Positions 1 through 8,999 of a stretch of 57,834 nucleotides of DNA are shown one piece after another. Within the stretch, counting starts at the first letter, position 1. Each line of letters opens with the position of its first letter. The notes under the pieces were generated by a model. It searched no databases, was not told where the DNA came from, and saw nothing but the letters and a program-made list of their open reading frames with translations. The translations under genes were made by a program, and so were the position numbers. Source of the DNA: Nanobdellota archaeon (GTDB lineage: Archaea; Nanobdellota; Nanobdellia; Woesearchaeales; GW2011-AR4); contig JBBSWH010000010.1 of assembly GCA_038046385.1 (NCBI GenBank), positions 1-57,834 of the forward strand. The letters are read 5' to 3'.

Positions 1-1
1 C

Positions 2-2686
2 AAGAAGAAGCAGATTGAAGCAATTTCAAAGGAGATAGATGAAAAAGGCGAGATAGAGCAGGTTAAGCTAAACAAGGATGTTGAAACTTTAAAGATTGAG
101 CTTACAAAGAACAACTCAAGAATTGAAACGCTGAAGAACGAGCTTAGCAAATTAACCCAAAGAAGAAATGACATGAAATCCAGCATGGAAGACATGGACT
201 CAAGGATACATCAGCTCAAGAAGGATAAAGAGAATTTTGAAGGGATGATAGAGAACAAAAACAAGGAAAGAGAGATTATAAGTTCAAAGATACTCAAATT
301 CAAGGAGAAAAACAACCTTGAAAACATCGGAGAGATAGAGAAAAAAGTCGAAGAGATTGACAAAAAAGCCGATGAGCTGCAAAAAGAGATAACCACTTTA
401 AGGGAAAGCCAGCATAACATGATAAGGGAAAAAGACAGGATTGCTCATGAGATAAACAACATAAACGACAGGATAAAAAAAGTTATTGATGTTGAGAAAG
501 AGTACAGGCAGCAGCTTGACTTTTTGAAGGATAAGAGACAGAACTTCAAGATAACGACTTTAGAACTGAATAAGCGCCTTGATGAAGACTCTTCATTGTC
601 TGTCCAATTGTCAGATTCAAGAAAAAGGCTGAATGCTGTGAATGAGGAGCTTGCAAAGCTGCATGCAAAGGATATCACAATCAAGGAATTTGCAAGAGGC
701 GATTTGGCTATAAGCAAGATTCTGGAATTAAAAAATAAAAGAGAGGGGATTTACGGAACTGTCGCTGATTTGGGAAACGTAAGCTCAAAGTATGCTGTTG
801 CAATTGAAGTGGCTGCCGGGCCAAGAGTAAAGAGCATTGTTGTGGATAATGACAAGCTCGCAGCAGAACTGATAAGGTACCTGAAAGAGAATAGGCTCGG
901 AATGGCAACATTTTTGCCGATGAACAAGCTTTTTTCAAAAGACGCAAATCCGGACATCAAGAAACTGCTTGAAGCAAAAGGTGTTCATGACCTTGCAATC
1001 AACCTTGTGACATTCGAGCCGAAGTTCAAGAAAGTATTTTCATATGTTTTCTCTGATACTCTAATTGTAGATGACATAAGCGTTGCAACAAGAATCGGGG
1101 TTGGCAAGGCAAAATTCGTTACGCTTGACGGAGACACAGCTGAAGTTTCCGGCGCAATGCACGGCGGTTTCAGGGAAAGAAGAAAAGAGGCATTTGGCTT
1201 CAGGGAAAGAGAGGTTACGGAAAATATTCAAATCAACGAAAAGAAAGTTGGAGAGCTTGAAAATGTCATATCGGTGCTTGAGAAAAGGAGAAGTGAAAAT
1301 GAAACGAATATCACAGAGCTAAGGGAAAAGAAGGCAATAATGGAAGGTGAAATCATAAAGTCAGAGACTTCCATGCACCTTGAATCAGGCGACATAGAAG
1401 TTAACAGGCAGCAGGAAAAAGAGGCCTTGGAGAAGGAAAAGGAAGTTGACAAGAATATAAGCATCACAAATAACAAGATTGGAGAATTTAACAGGGAACT
1501 GACAAATCTAAAGGTTGAAAAGCAGAAGCTTAGAAATGCAATTGCCCAGCTGAACAATCCAACACTTCTTGCAGAGCTTAACACTTTTGAACAGAAATTC
1601 AAGGAGATAAGCGAAGATCTTATCAAAACAGTTTCTGAAATAAAGAACATCGATGCGCAGATAATCAACATATTCATGCCGGAGAAGGAGAAGTCCGACA
1701 AAATAATGAAGCAGATAGACAAGGACGAAGAATCATTCAAGCAAGAAATGGCCAAATTAACGGAATCAATGGCCCAAAAAGAAGCACTTTTGAAGGAAAA
1801 AGAGATGCTCGCAAAAGAATTCTACATAAAATTCAAAGGATTATTCGGAAGGCAGGGCAAGATAAACGAGGAAATCCAGAAAAATGACCTTTCAATAGAC
1901 AAATTGATTGAGGAAAGCAGGCAGTCAGAGATAAAAGTGAATTTCCACTCTTTGAAGAATGCAGAGTCATCAGCGTCGCTTGCTGCAATGAATCAGGAAT
2001 TCCAGCAATATGAGGGCGTTAAATTGGATACAGAAAAAGACGAGCAGCAGCTTAAGAATGAAATCTCGAAGTTTGAAAGGATGGTGCAGGACATCGGAAG
2101 CGTAAACATGAGGGCGCTTGAAGTTTATGATGACGCGGAAAAGCAATACAAGGAGTTCCTTGAAAAGAAAGACAAATTGGCCAAGGAAAAGGAAGATGTA
2201 ATGCAGATGATGAATGAGATTGAGGGAAAGAAAAAAGAGCTTTTCATGGGCACTTTTGAAATTGTGAATACTAATTTCAAGCACTTCTTCACAATGCTCA
2301 CAACAAAAGGGGCAGAAGCCAACCTTGTGCTTGACAACCAGGACAATCCGTTTGAAGGAGGAGTTCGTGTAAATGTCAAGATTTCGGGAAGCAAGTTCCT
2401 TGATATAAGGGGGTTATCCGGCGGGGAAAAGACAATGACGGCACTGGCTCTGATATTTGCGATACAGGAGCATGAGCCGGCTTCATTTTATGTTTTGGAT
2501 GAGGTTGATGCTGCGCTTGACAAGCACAACAGCGAGAAGCTGGCTAAGCTAATAAGAAAATATGCTGACAGGGCGCAATATGTTATGATATCGCACAATG
2601 ACCACGTCATATCACAGGCAGATGTTTTATATGGTGTTTCTATGAACGAAGACGGGGTTTCACAGGTTATTGGATTGAAGATTTAG
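2..2686 (+). CDS. smc: Chromosome segregation protein SMC (5'-truncated by window edge)
   Basis: Frame is open from base 2. Coiled coil, hinge (GIYGTVADLG...TFLP...TLDGD...GAMHGG), signature LSGGEKT, Walker B/D-loop FYVLDEVDAALD, H-loop ISH. Confidence 0.97.
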   Translation, partial: KKKQIEAISKEIDEKGEIEQVKLNKDVETLKIELTKNNSRIETLKNELSKLTQRRNDMKSSMEDMDSRIHQLKKDKENFEGMIENKNKEREIISSKILKFKEKNNLENIGEIEKKVEEIDKKADELQKEITTLRESQHNMIREKDRIAHEINNINDRIKKVIDVEKEYRQQLDFLKDKRQNFKITTLELNKRLDEDSSLSVQLSDSRKRLNAVNEELAKLHAKDITIKEFARGDLAISKILELKNKREGIYGTVADLGNVSSKYAVAIEVAAGPRVKSIVVDNDKLAAELIRYLKENRLGMATFLPMNKLFSKDANPDIKKLLEAKGVHDLAINLVTFEPKFKKVFSYVFSDTLIVDDISVATRIGVGKAKFVTLDGDTAEVSGAMHGGFRERRKEAFGFREREVTENIQINEKKVGELENVISVLEKRRSENETNITELREKKAIMEGEIIKSETSMHLESGDIEVNRQQEKEALEKEKEVDKNISITNNKIGEFNRELTNLKVEKQKLRNAIAQLNNPTLLAELNTFEQKFKEISEDLIKTVSEIKNIDAQIINIFMPEKEKSDKIMKQIDKDEESFKQEMAKLTESMAQKEALLKEKEMLAKEFYIKFKGLFGRQGKINEEIQKNDLSIDKLIEESRQSEIKVNFHSLKNAESSASLAAMNQEFQQYEGVKLDTEKDEQQLKNEISKFERMVQDIGSVNMRALEVYDDAEKQYKEFLEKKDKLAKEKEDVMQMMNEIEGKKKELFMGTFEIVNTNFKHFFTMLTTKGAEANLVLDNQDNPFEGGVRVNVKISGSKFLDIRGLSGGEKTMTALALIFAIQEHEPASFYVLDEVDAALDKHNSEKLAKLIRKYADRAQYVMISHNDHVISQADVLYGVSMNEDGVSQVIGLKI

Positions 2687-2696
2687 AAAGGATAAA

Positions 2697-3398
2697 CTAT
2701 TTCCTATACCTAACCTGATAATTAAAAACATCCTTCTTCAGCTCTCCTGCAAAAACCCTGTGGAATTCTCCAAGCACTATCTTCATTGCGACATTCAAAT
2801 GCCCATGGGCTTCATACCTTCTCATTGAGAAATAAACCTTTGAATTTTTTAAAATCCTGAACTTTCCGTATTTAGAGCATCGTTTTACGTATTCCATGTC
2901 TTCTGCAACAGCGATTTTTTCATCAAATCCTTTGATTTTTCTATGAAGCTCTTTTCTGCATATAATGCATGCGCCTATTGCATGCGGCCAGATTTTTTGG
3001 GTTGCAATAACCCATGAATTGAATGCGCCAAGAAATAACCTGTCTATGATTTTATTTCCCTGCGGGACTATCTTGACGCTTGCGCAGTCAAGCTTTTTGT
3101 TTTCAAATTCTTTAATAGAATTCTTGAGAAAGTCATTGTCAAGCAGCACATCTGCATCAAAGAAAACTAAAATATCTCCTTTGGCTATTTTTGCGCCATT
3201 ATTGCGGCCAATTCCGGGCAAGCTTCCACTCTTCACAATTTTGCAGCCATACTTTTTTGCTATGGCTACAGTTTTGTCCTTTGAGTCTGCATCTGCAACA
3301 ATGACTTCATAATCTTTATATGACTGCTTTTTGATGCAATCCAGCAGTTTCGGAAGGCATTCTTCTTCATTCCATGCCGGAATTATTATGCTTATCAT
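2697..3398 (-). CDS. Glycosyltransferase family 2
   Basis: MISIIIPAWNEE, VIVADADSKD, RNNGAKIAKGDILVFFDAD, AEDMEY motifs. Confidence 0.92.
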   Translation of the reverse strand: MISIIIPAWNEEECLPKLLDCIKKQSYKDYEVIVADADSKDKTVAIAKKYGCKIVKSGSLPGIGRNNGAKIAKGDILVFFDADVLLDNDFLKNSIKEFENKKLDCASVKIVPQGNKIIDRLFLGAFNSWVIATQKIWPHAIGACIICRKELHRKIKGFDEKIAVAEDMEYVKRCSKYGKFRILKNSKVYFSMRRYEAHGHLNVAMKIVLGEFHRVFAGELKKDVFNYQVRYRK

Positions 3399-3482
3399 AA
3401 CCTAAGGTAATCAGGGAGATTTTATAAAACATACTTAAAAAACCAATAACTTTAAATACTTATACTTTTTTGCTATTTAATA

Positions 3483-4283
3483 GTGGTTAAATTGGGGTTG
3501 AAAAAAGAATTTTTGGGGCACAGGGAAAGAACTATAGAAGCTTTTGCCCTGGTAAGCAATGATATCTCAAGCTTAAGCGCTTATGTGCAGACAATCCAGC
3601 TATCAATTTCAAACATTGAAAACAGGCTTTCCAATCTGGAAACAGAGACTTCTGAAATAAGGAATGAGCTTGCAAAAGCCAACTCTACAATCAATATTCA
3701 GGAAGCAGACAATTCAGCATTGCAGTCAAAGATAAACAGCATAGGGAAATCAGTTGATGGCATAAACAACGGATTGAATGGAATAAAAGGAAAGATTAAC
3801 TCAATATCCGGCAGTGTTTCAAGAACATCAAGATCAGTTTCAAAAACAAACTCAACAGTCAAGGAGATAATGCCGAGATTGAGGAAACAATCGCTCCAGA
3901 CAAGAAAGCTAAACACTGGCATGAGAAACACAGAGGACCAGATAAAGAAGGTCAAAAGGCTTATCGGAAGGAAAGTAAAATCACTTAAAAGGCTTGACTC
4001 TGAGATTGAAGAAAGGGTAACAAGACAGAGAAGGCTTATTTCAAGACTGAACAGGAAGATAGACGGAAAGCCAACTGTCAAAAGGGCTTCAAGAGCCGCT
4101 TCAAGAAAAGTTTCAAAGAAATCAATCAAGACAAAAACACCAAAAAAGACAATTACAAAGACCATAACACCTAAAAAAACAACAATCACAACTACAACTC
4201 CTAAAAGGAAGACAACAAAAACAATCACACACAACAAAAGAAAGATTGTTGAGTTTACATCAGAAAAGAATCCTATTATTTAG
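3483..4283 (+). CDS. Hypothetical coiled-coil protein with Lys/Thr-rich basic C-terminal tail
   Basis: 266-aa ORF (GTG start) with TATA-like TTTAAATA about 25 nt upstream; heptad-like body, then TPKK/TPKR repeats. Confidence 0.75.
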   Translation: MVKLGLKKEFLGHRERTIEAFALVSNDISSLSAYVQTIQLSISNIENRLSNLETETSEIRNELAKANSTINIQEADNSALQSKINSIGKSVDGINNGLNGIKGKINSISGSVSRTSRSVSKTNSTVKEIMPRLRKQSLQTRKLNTGMRNTEDQIKKVKRLIGRKVKSLKRLDSEIEERVTRQRRLISRLNRKIDGKPTVKRASRAASRKVSKKSIKTKTPKKTITKTITPKKTTITTTTPKRKTTKTITHNKRKIVEFTSEKNPII

Positions 4284-4290
4284 TTCTAAA

Positions 4291-4698
4291 ATGGCAGGCG
4301 GAGAACAGGCAAGTGCTCCAGGCGGAAATTATGAATGGAGAGCAATTCAGCCTATTGGATCAATATTTTTTAATTATGGTGTAAGACTTGATTCTGCAAG
4401 GGCAATAGATAGTATTGTAGTGGCTCCAACTGAAAGCGGAATTAGAATACGACATGCTTTTAGCGATTATACACCGTACCGGCATAAAAAAGCATTAATA
4501 TTTTTTAATAGTAACGGAAGAAACATATCAGAACAGGACGCAGACGCCCTAAGAGGGATGATTTTGCCACTTTTAACATCACTTCAGAAATACCGCGGAA
4601 CCCTGCAAGATGAAATAAAATCTAAGGAACCAGCACATTTTGGAGCAACTTTAGATGCAGTAGTAAGAACTTTGGGAGCAAACCTAACTTTACAATAG
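4291..4698 (+). CDS. Hypothetical protein
   Basis: ATG 7 nt after the upstream stop; 135 aa; no recognised motif. Confidence 0.6.
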   Translation: MAGGEQASAPGGNYEWRAIQPIGSIFFNYGVRLDSARAIDSIVVAPTESGIRIRHAFSDYTPYRHKKALIFFNSNGRNISEQDADALRGMILPLLTSLQKYRGTLQDEIKSKEPAHFGATLDAVVRTLGANLTLQ

Positions 4699-4703
4699 AA
4701 TTT

Positions 4704-5609
4704 CTAAGCAGCCTTAAAGACTTGATACCCTGCAGGGCTGTAAGACAATTTTGCAGGTCCCACTGTTCCGGAATCAGAATACGGTTTTGCCTGCGAAACA
4801 ACCGGCTTGTAAGCTACTACAGAATCAATAGAATAATGATGCGCTCCTGAATCTGAAGGGTTTGATTTCCCTAAGCCGTACCTATAGTTATTCCCATAGT
4901 TTTCTAAAAAGAAGCTTTTGATTACAGGGCCAAAGCCATAGGCAAATTTATGATTACCTTTCATTATCTCATCAAGCGACAGAGTTTTTGCGTGTTCATG
5001 ATGGTGCCCATCAATAAGCGGTGTGTGCTTTACAGCTTCCCACTCTTTTTTGTCAGTTATTTTTATTGCATATATATGAGTGCTTGCATTTTTTCCTTCC
5101 CAATAAGCCTGGTGTATATGGTAAATCGTGCCATTCTCCCTTAAAGCATTAACTATTGCTTCTGCTGCTTTTTTGTCGCCAACCTCTTCTTTTGTTTCCC
5201 TTAGCAGGTTGCTTCTTGCATCATCATCGTAAAAGCTTCGTGTGCCTCCTATGAGGCTTAAGTCTCCATTTGCCCTTTTGTCGCTTCTTGGCTCAAACAC
5301 AGCCTCAACATAGCCTGTTTCAGGATCCTCAAAATAGATTATGGCAACAGCCCCGTGAACGTCATCGGCTTTTTCTTTGCGATTATGCTCGGAATGGCCC
5401 CCTTCAGAACTATGGCTAGAATTATGGGGTTTAGCCAGCTTCATAGATTTGTATTTGCTTAAAGAAATAACTTTTGAATCAACACTTGCGTTTTTTCCTA
5501 ACCCGTATTCTCTTTTACCAGTTTCTTTTGATGCAGCTTTATCTGCTACCTTATCTTCAAGGGATTCATGCTCTTCGCTTGAACCTTCGCTTTCAGCCGC
5601 TTCTGCCAT
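4704..5609 (-). CDS. Divergent NUDIX-domain protein with low-complexity termini
   Basis: Nudix-box-like LSLIGGTRSFYDDDARSNLLRETKEEVG. Confidence 0.65.
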   Translation of the reverse strand: MAEAAESEGSSEEHESLEDKVADKAASKETGKREYGLGKNASVDSKVISLSKYKSMKLAKPHNSSHSSEGGHSEHNRKEKADDVHGAVAIIYFEDPETGYVEAVFEPRSDKRANGDLSLIGGTRSFYDDDARSNLLRETKEEVGDKKAAEAIVNALRENGTIYHIHQAYWEGKNASTHIYAIKITDKKEWEAVKHTPLIDGHHHEHAKTLSLDEIMKGNHKFAYGFGPVIKSFFLENYGNNYRYGLGKSNPSDSGAHHYSIDSVVAYKPVVSQAKPYSDSGTVGPAKLSYSPAGYQVFKAA

Positions 5610-5702
5610 TTTATTCAGATAGGCTTTTTTCTTTAAAAATGTTGTTAGAATTAAGTATAGAAGAATATACCTGTATATTATATATAGGCATCAACCAAGA
5701 AA

Positions 5703-5909
5703 TCAATATGTCCTATTGCTAGAATATGGACTCTGAGAGTATATCAATTTGTAACTTCCAGAGTTTGTGCTTCTTCTGTTTGTAGTATTATTTGAAACTC
5801 TTCCCTCTAAAGGAATTGCCCCACCATTCCCAGGCCCGGCCTGGGTTGAGAGATAGTTATCATTGTGAGCTACTGTAGACCCTCTATAACTTGAATTACT
5901 CATAATCAT
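5703..5909 (-). CDS. Small Ser/Asn-rich hypothetical protein
   Basis: 68-aa ORF with TTTTAAA about 25 nt upstream, co-oriented with the NUDIX gene. Confidence 0.35.
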   Translation of the reverse strand: MIMSNSSYRGSTVAHNDNYLSTQAGPGNGGAIPLEGRVSNNTTNRRSTNSGSYKLIYSQSPYSSNRTY

Positions 5910-6170
5910 ATACTCATTATATTTGGGGTTTAAAAAGATTACTGAAAAAACAGGGCAATGCTTATATACTTCTTTTCAATATAGTAAATAAGTTATAGAG
6001 GACAAACAAATTTTCCCTAACCCGATTTTTAACAAATTCAATAAAATTATATAAATTATATATCGCTTTAAAGAAAGATATGCGCCGTAAGGTGTATTTT
6101 GACCACTGGACATCTTCGCCTAAGATATATAAACTTAATTTTCTTCTAAAAATCAGAAAAGAGTGTAAAA

Positions 6171-7010
6171 ATGGGCAAATTAAATGAAAAACAAATACTA
6201 AAAATTATACAACTGACCAAGGAAGGGGAGTCTTTAAACAGCATAACCAATAAGATTGGCAGAAGCAAAACTATGGTTTACTACCATTTTAGAAAAATAC
6301 GCGGGAAAACTTCAAACCCAATTTGCGTACTCAATAGGGATGATGAGTTGCTTGGAGAGTTTATGGGGCTATTTGCAGGGGATGGCTGTGTAAATGTAAC
6401 TAAAGATTATAGATATAGAATATTCCTTTATTTCAATATAACCGAAAAAAAGTATGTTGAAAACCTTGTTGATAATGTGCTAATTAAACTCTTTGGCAAA
6501 AAACCAAGAGCCTACAGGGATGATAATCGCCTAAACCTATGCTATTACTCAAAAGCCATAAAAGAGCTTATTGATGTTTACTTAACCTGGGATAAAGATT
6601 ATCGTAAAACCTATTCAGTAATGTTAAAGGAAAACAATCACTCCAGAGAATTTGCAATCGGGTTTTTAAGAGGGAGTTTAGACAGTGATGGGCACTTGTC
6701 TTATAAAAAAATACAATTTGCATCAGTTTCAACAGGGTTAATCCGGAATATCAGCAATTTTTTAGACTATTTGGAAATAAGCCATAAAGTATACCTTTAC
6801 ATAGAAAAAAGACAAAATAGGAAGAATATCTACCATATAAACATTCCAAAGTCCCATCACAATAAGTTTATAGAGATAATAAATCCTAGAAATTTAAAAG
6901 GGACTGAAATGCGCCGGCCGGGATTCGAATTTCCGAACGCCAGTCCCAAACGTTTCCCGGACACGCGGCTGCCTTCTAAATTAATGGAAGGCCGCAGTCA
7001 TAGCCATTAG
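6171..7010 (+). CDS. Free-standing double-motif LAGLIDADG homing endonuclease with N-terminal HTH
   Basis: LLGEFMGLFAGDG and FAIGFLRGSLDSDG motifs; N-terminal HTH (GESLNSITNKIGRSKTMVYYH); the last ~33 codons are antisense to tRNA-Gly. Confidence 0.9.
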   Translation: MGKLNEKQILKIIQLTKEGESLNSITNKIGRSKTMVYYHFRKIRGKTSNPICVLNRDDELLGEFMGLFAGDGCVNVTKDYRYRIFLYFNITEKKYVENLVDNVLIKLFGKKPRAYRDDNRLNLCYYSKAIKELIDVYLTWDKDYRKTYSVMLKENNHSREFAIGFLRGSLDSDGHLSYKKIQFASVSTGLIRNISNFLDYLEISHKVYLYIEKRQNRKNIYHINIPKSHHNKFIEIINPRNLKGTEMRRPGFEFPNASPKRFPDTRLPSKLMEGRSHSH

Positions 7011-7021
7011 ACCACCAGCGC
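6910..7021 (-). tRNA. tRNA-Gly(UCC) with two introns: 14 nt at 37/38 (6971-6984) and 26 nt at 53/54 (6930-6955)
   Basis: Manual fold: acceptor GCGCTGG/CCGGCGC + A; anticodon arm GCGGC-CTTCCAA-GCCGC; T arm CCGGG-TTCGAAT-CCCGG after removing introns. BHB helices CTTC/GAAG and TCCG/CGGA. Confidence 0.93.
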
Positions 7022-7046
7022 GACGCAAAAAATAGAAACCTCAAGG

Positions 7047-7056
7047 ATTTATAAAA
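7047..7056 (-). promoter_or_regulatory. TATA box of tRNA-Gly
   Basis: TTTTATAAAT on the minus strand, about 25 nt upstream of the tRNA 5' end. Confidence 0.6.
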
Positions 7057-7064
7057 CTAATGGA

Positions 7065-7574
7065 TTAGTGCTGTGAATTAAGCGCAGCACGGACAGCAGA
7101 ATTATACAGTTTTATGTATCTTTCATCCGGTTTTGTTCCTTCTGCTTCAATCTGCATTGCCTTTTTACAGGGGTTTTTTTCAAAGTCTTCCTTTAAGTGA
7201 GCTGCGCTCCATAAATTCATGTGTTTTTTTCTCCAGACAACTTCAGGAGTTCCATCAAAATTCCCTGCAGAATCACTTTTTTCAATAATTATAACAATAT
7301 CTGCGGTGACCTTTCCTGTGTTATACATTCCAATCCCGAGGACCTTGCCAGGCACATCTGTGCCTTCCATATATCCTACAACCATATTTCTAAATTCTTG
7401 GCCGACCAAAGAACTGCTCTCATTTAAATCATAATCTTTCCTATTAATAGAACACTGGCTTTACGGTGCATCACTCCTTAATTTTTCTACAAGCCTTGCA
7501 ACGCTTGAATCCTGCTGCTGACCCTGTGCCAAGAGTGTGCATAAAGTTGCTGCTACAATTCCGTTTATTCTCAT
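7065..7574 (-). pseudogene. Hypothetical exported protein interrupted by in-frame TAA (7461-7463)
   Basis: ATG at 7574 overlaps the ychF stop and encodes signal-like MRINGIVAATLCTLLA. Same frame as ORF 7065-7409, with a single TAA between. Confidence 0.6.
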
Positions 7575-8767
7575 TTGCTTGTTACAATTTCAACTACATC
7601 GCGGTGTTTCAGAAGATGGTCCTTTCCAACAGGCCTTCTTGACTTGACATCAAGGGCTTTTATGAAATGATTGCCTATATCAGTATGCAGCCTAAAAGCA
7701 AAATCCAATGCTGTTGCCTCTCCTGGCATCAAAAAACAATCAGGAAGCCTGTTGCCGTGCTGATCCTCGAGCTTGCTTACTCCTCCGGGGAATATCGCCT
7801 TGTACTTCAAAAGCTCAAAAACAGCAGTGTCAAGAACTTTCTGGACTCCTGTTGAGCCAAACTTTTCAAGAACTTCGGTTTTAATAAAATTCAAGGCTTT
7901 TTTTTGGTTATCATTGAGTTTGGATTCGTTCAGCATCTCAAAAGAGCTATCCCCTGGAATGTATTTTATCAGCTCATGCTTTGCTGCTTCCCTTAAAGCA
8001 AGCTCGGCTTCTGCGCTTGATGGAACCACAATATAGTCCGGAAATTCTTTTTTCAGCCTTTCATAATTGTCAGAAGCGCCTTTGACATCAATCTTGTTGC
8101 ATGCAATTATCATTGGCTTTGTCTCTTTCCTTAATTCAGTGGCTATTTTCAAAAGAATGTTAGTATCCCATTTCATTATGTCTGGAGCAAGGTTGAACTT
8201 CTGTATGACTCTTTCAAACATCTTGTCAGTTACCCTGAATGAGCTTAACTGCTTTGCAACTGCTTTTGCAAGCTCTGTTTTTTCCTGATTAACAGTGCGT
8301 GCGAATCTGTCCCACCCTTTCTGTATTAATCTTAAGTACCACATGTCCAGCTCATGCTCAAGAAACCTTATATCATTCAATGGGTCATAGCTTAATGGCG
8401 GAACCGGCTCGCCTTTTTCATTGATTGAGCCGGAAACATCTATTATATGTATAAGGACATCTGCCTGGTTAAGGTCATCAAGAAACTGGTTTCCCATGCC
8501 CTTGCCTTCATGCGCGCCAGGAACAAGGCCGGCTACATCCAATAATTCAACAGGAACAAACCTTTTGGAATCGATGCAAAATCCAAATCTTGGGTTGCAT
8601 TTTGTGTTAAAATCCTTGTCAACGCATTCTACCCTGACATACCCTGTGCCGTGGTTCGGCTTTATTGTTGTGAAAGGATAGTTTGCTATCTCAACATTTG
8701 CAAGAGTCTGGGCTTTGAAGAAAGTGCTCTTGCCGCAGCTTGGTTTACCAACAATTCCTATTAACAT
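7571..8767 (-). CDS. ychF: Obg-family translation-associated NTPase YchF (archaeal type, C-terminal TGS)
   Basis: GKPSCGKST, NYPFTT, DVAGLVPGAHEGKGMGNQFL, NKID, TGS domain. Confidence 0.93.
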   Translation of the reverse strand: MLIGIVGKPSCGKSTFFKAQTLANVEIANYPFTTIKPNHGTGYVRVECVDKDFNTKCNPRFGFCIDSKRFVPVELLDVAGLVPGAHEGKGMGNQFLDDLNQADVLIHIIDVSGSINEKGEPVPPLSYDPLNDIRFLEHELDMWYLRLIQKGWDRFARTVNQEKTELAKAVAKQLSSFRVTDKMFERVIQKFNLAPDIMKWDTNILLKIATELRKETKPMIIACNKIDVKGASDNYERLKKEFPDYIVVPSSAEAELALREAAKHELIKYIPGDSSFEMLNESKLNDNQKKALNFIKTEVLEKFGSTGVQKVLDTAVFELLKYKAIFPGGVSKLEDQHGNRLPDCFLMPGEATALDFAFRLHTDIGNHFIKALDVKSRRPVGKDHLLKHRDVVEIVTSK

Positions 8768-8864
8768 GTGGTTTGCTAATAATGTCTATATTAAAAAATT
8801 ATCTAATTAATAGGCACTAAAAAAGACAGAAAGTTATTTATATCGGATAAACAAAATAGCATAT

Positions 8865-8999
8865 ATGGAAACAATAACAATTCCAAAGGACGAGTATGAG
8901 TACCTTAAGCGCCTAGAGCTTATACTCAAAGATGAACTGGCCATAAGCATAAAGCGCGGATTGGAAGATGCTGCTCAAGGCAGCCTAAGAGAGCGCTAA
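8865..8999 (+). CDS. Small RelB-like antitoxin (44 aa; not in ORF track)
   Basis: METITIPKDEYEYLKRLE...IKRGLEDAAQG resembles archaeal antitoxins; TATA (TTTATAT) about 25 nt upstream. Confidence 0.7.
   Translation: METITIPKDEYEYLKRLELILKDELAISIKRGLEDAAQGSLRER

Noticed and set aside
6081-6120. Functional or split tRNA half
   Set aside because: No anticodon arm, no GC-rich trans-pairing leader and no cloverleaf; treated only as a possible remnant.
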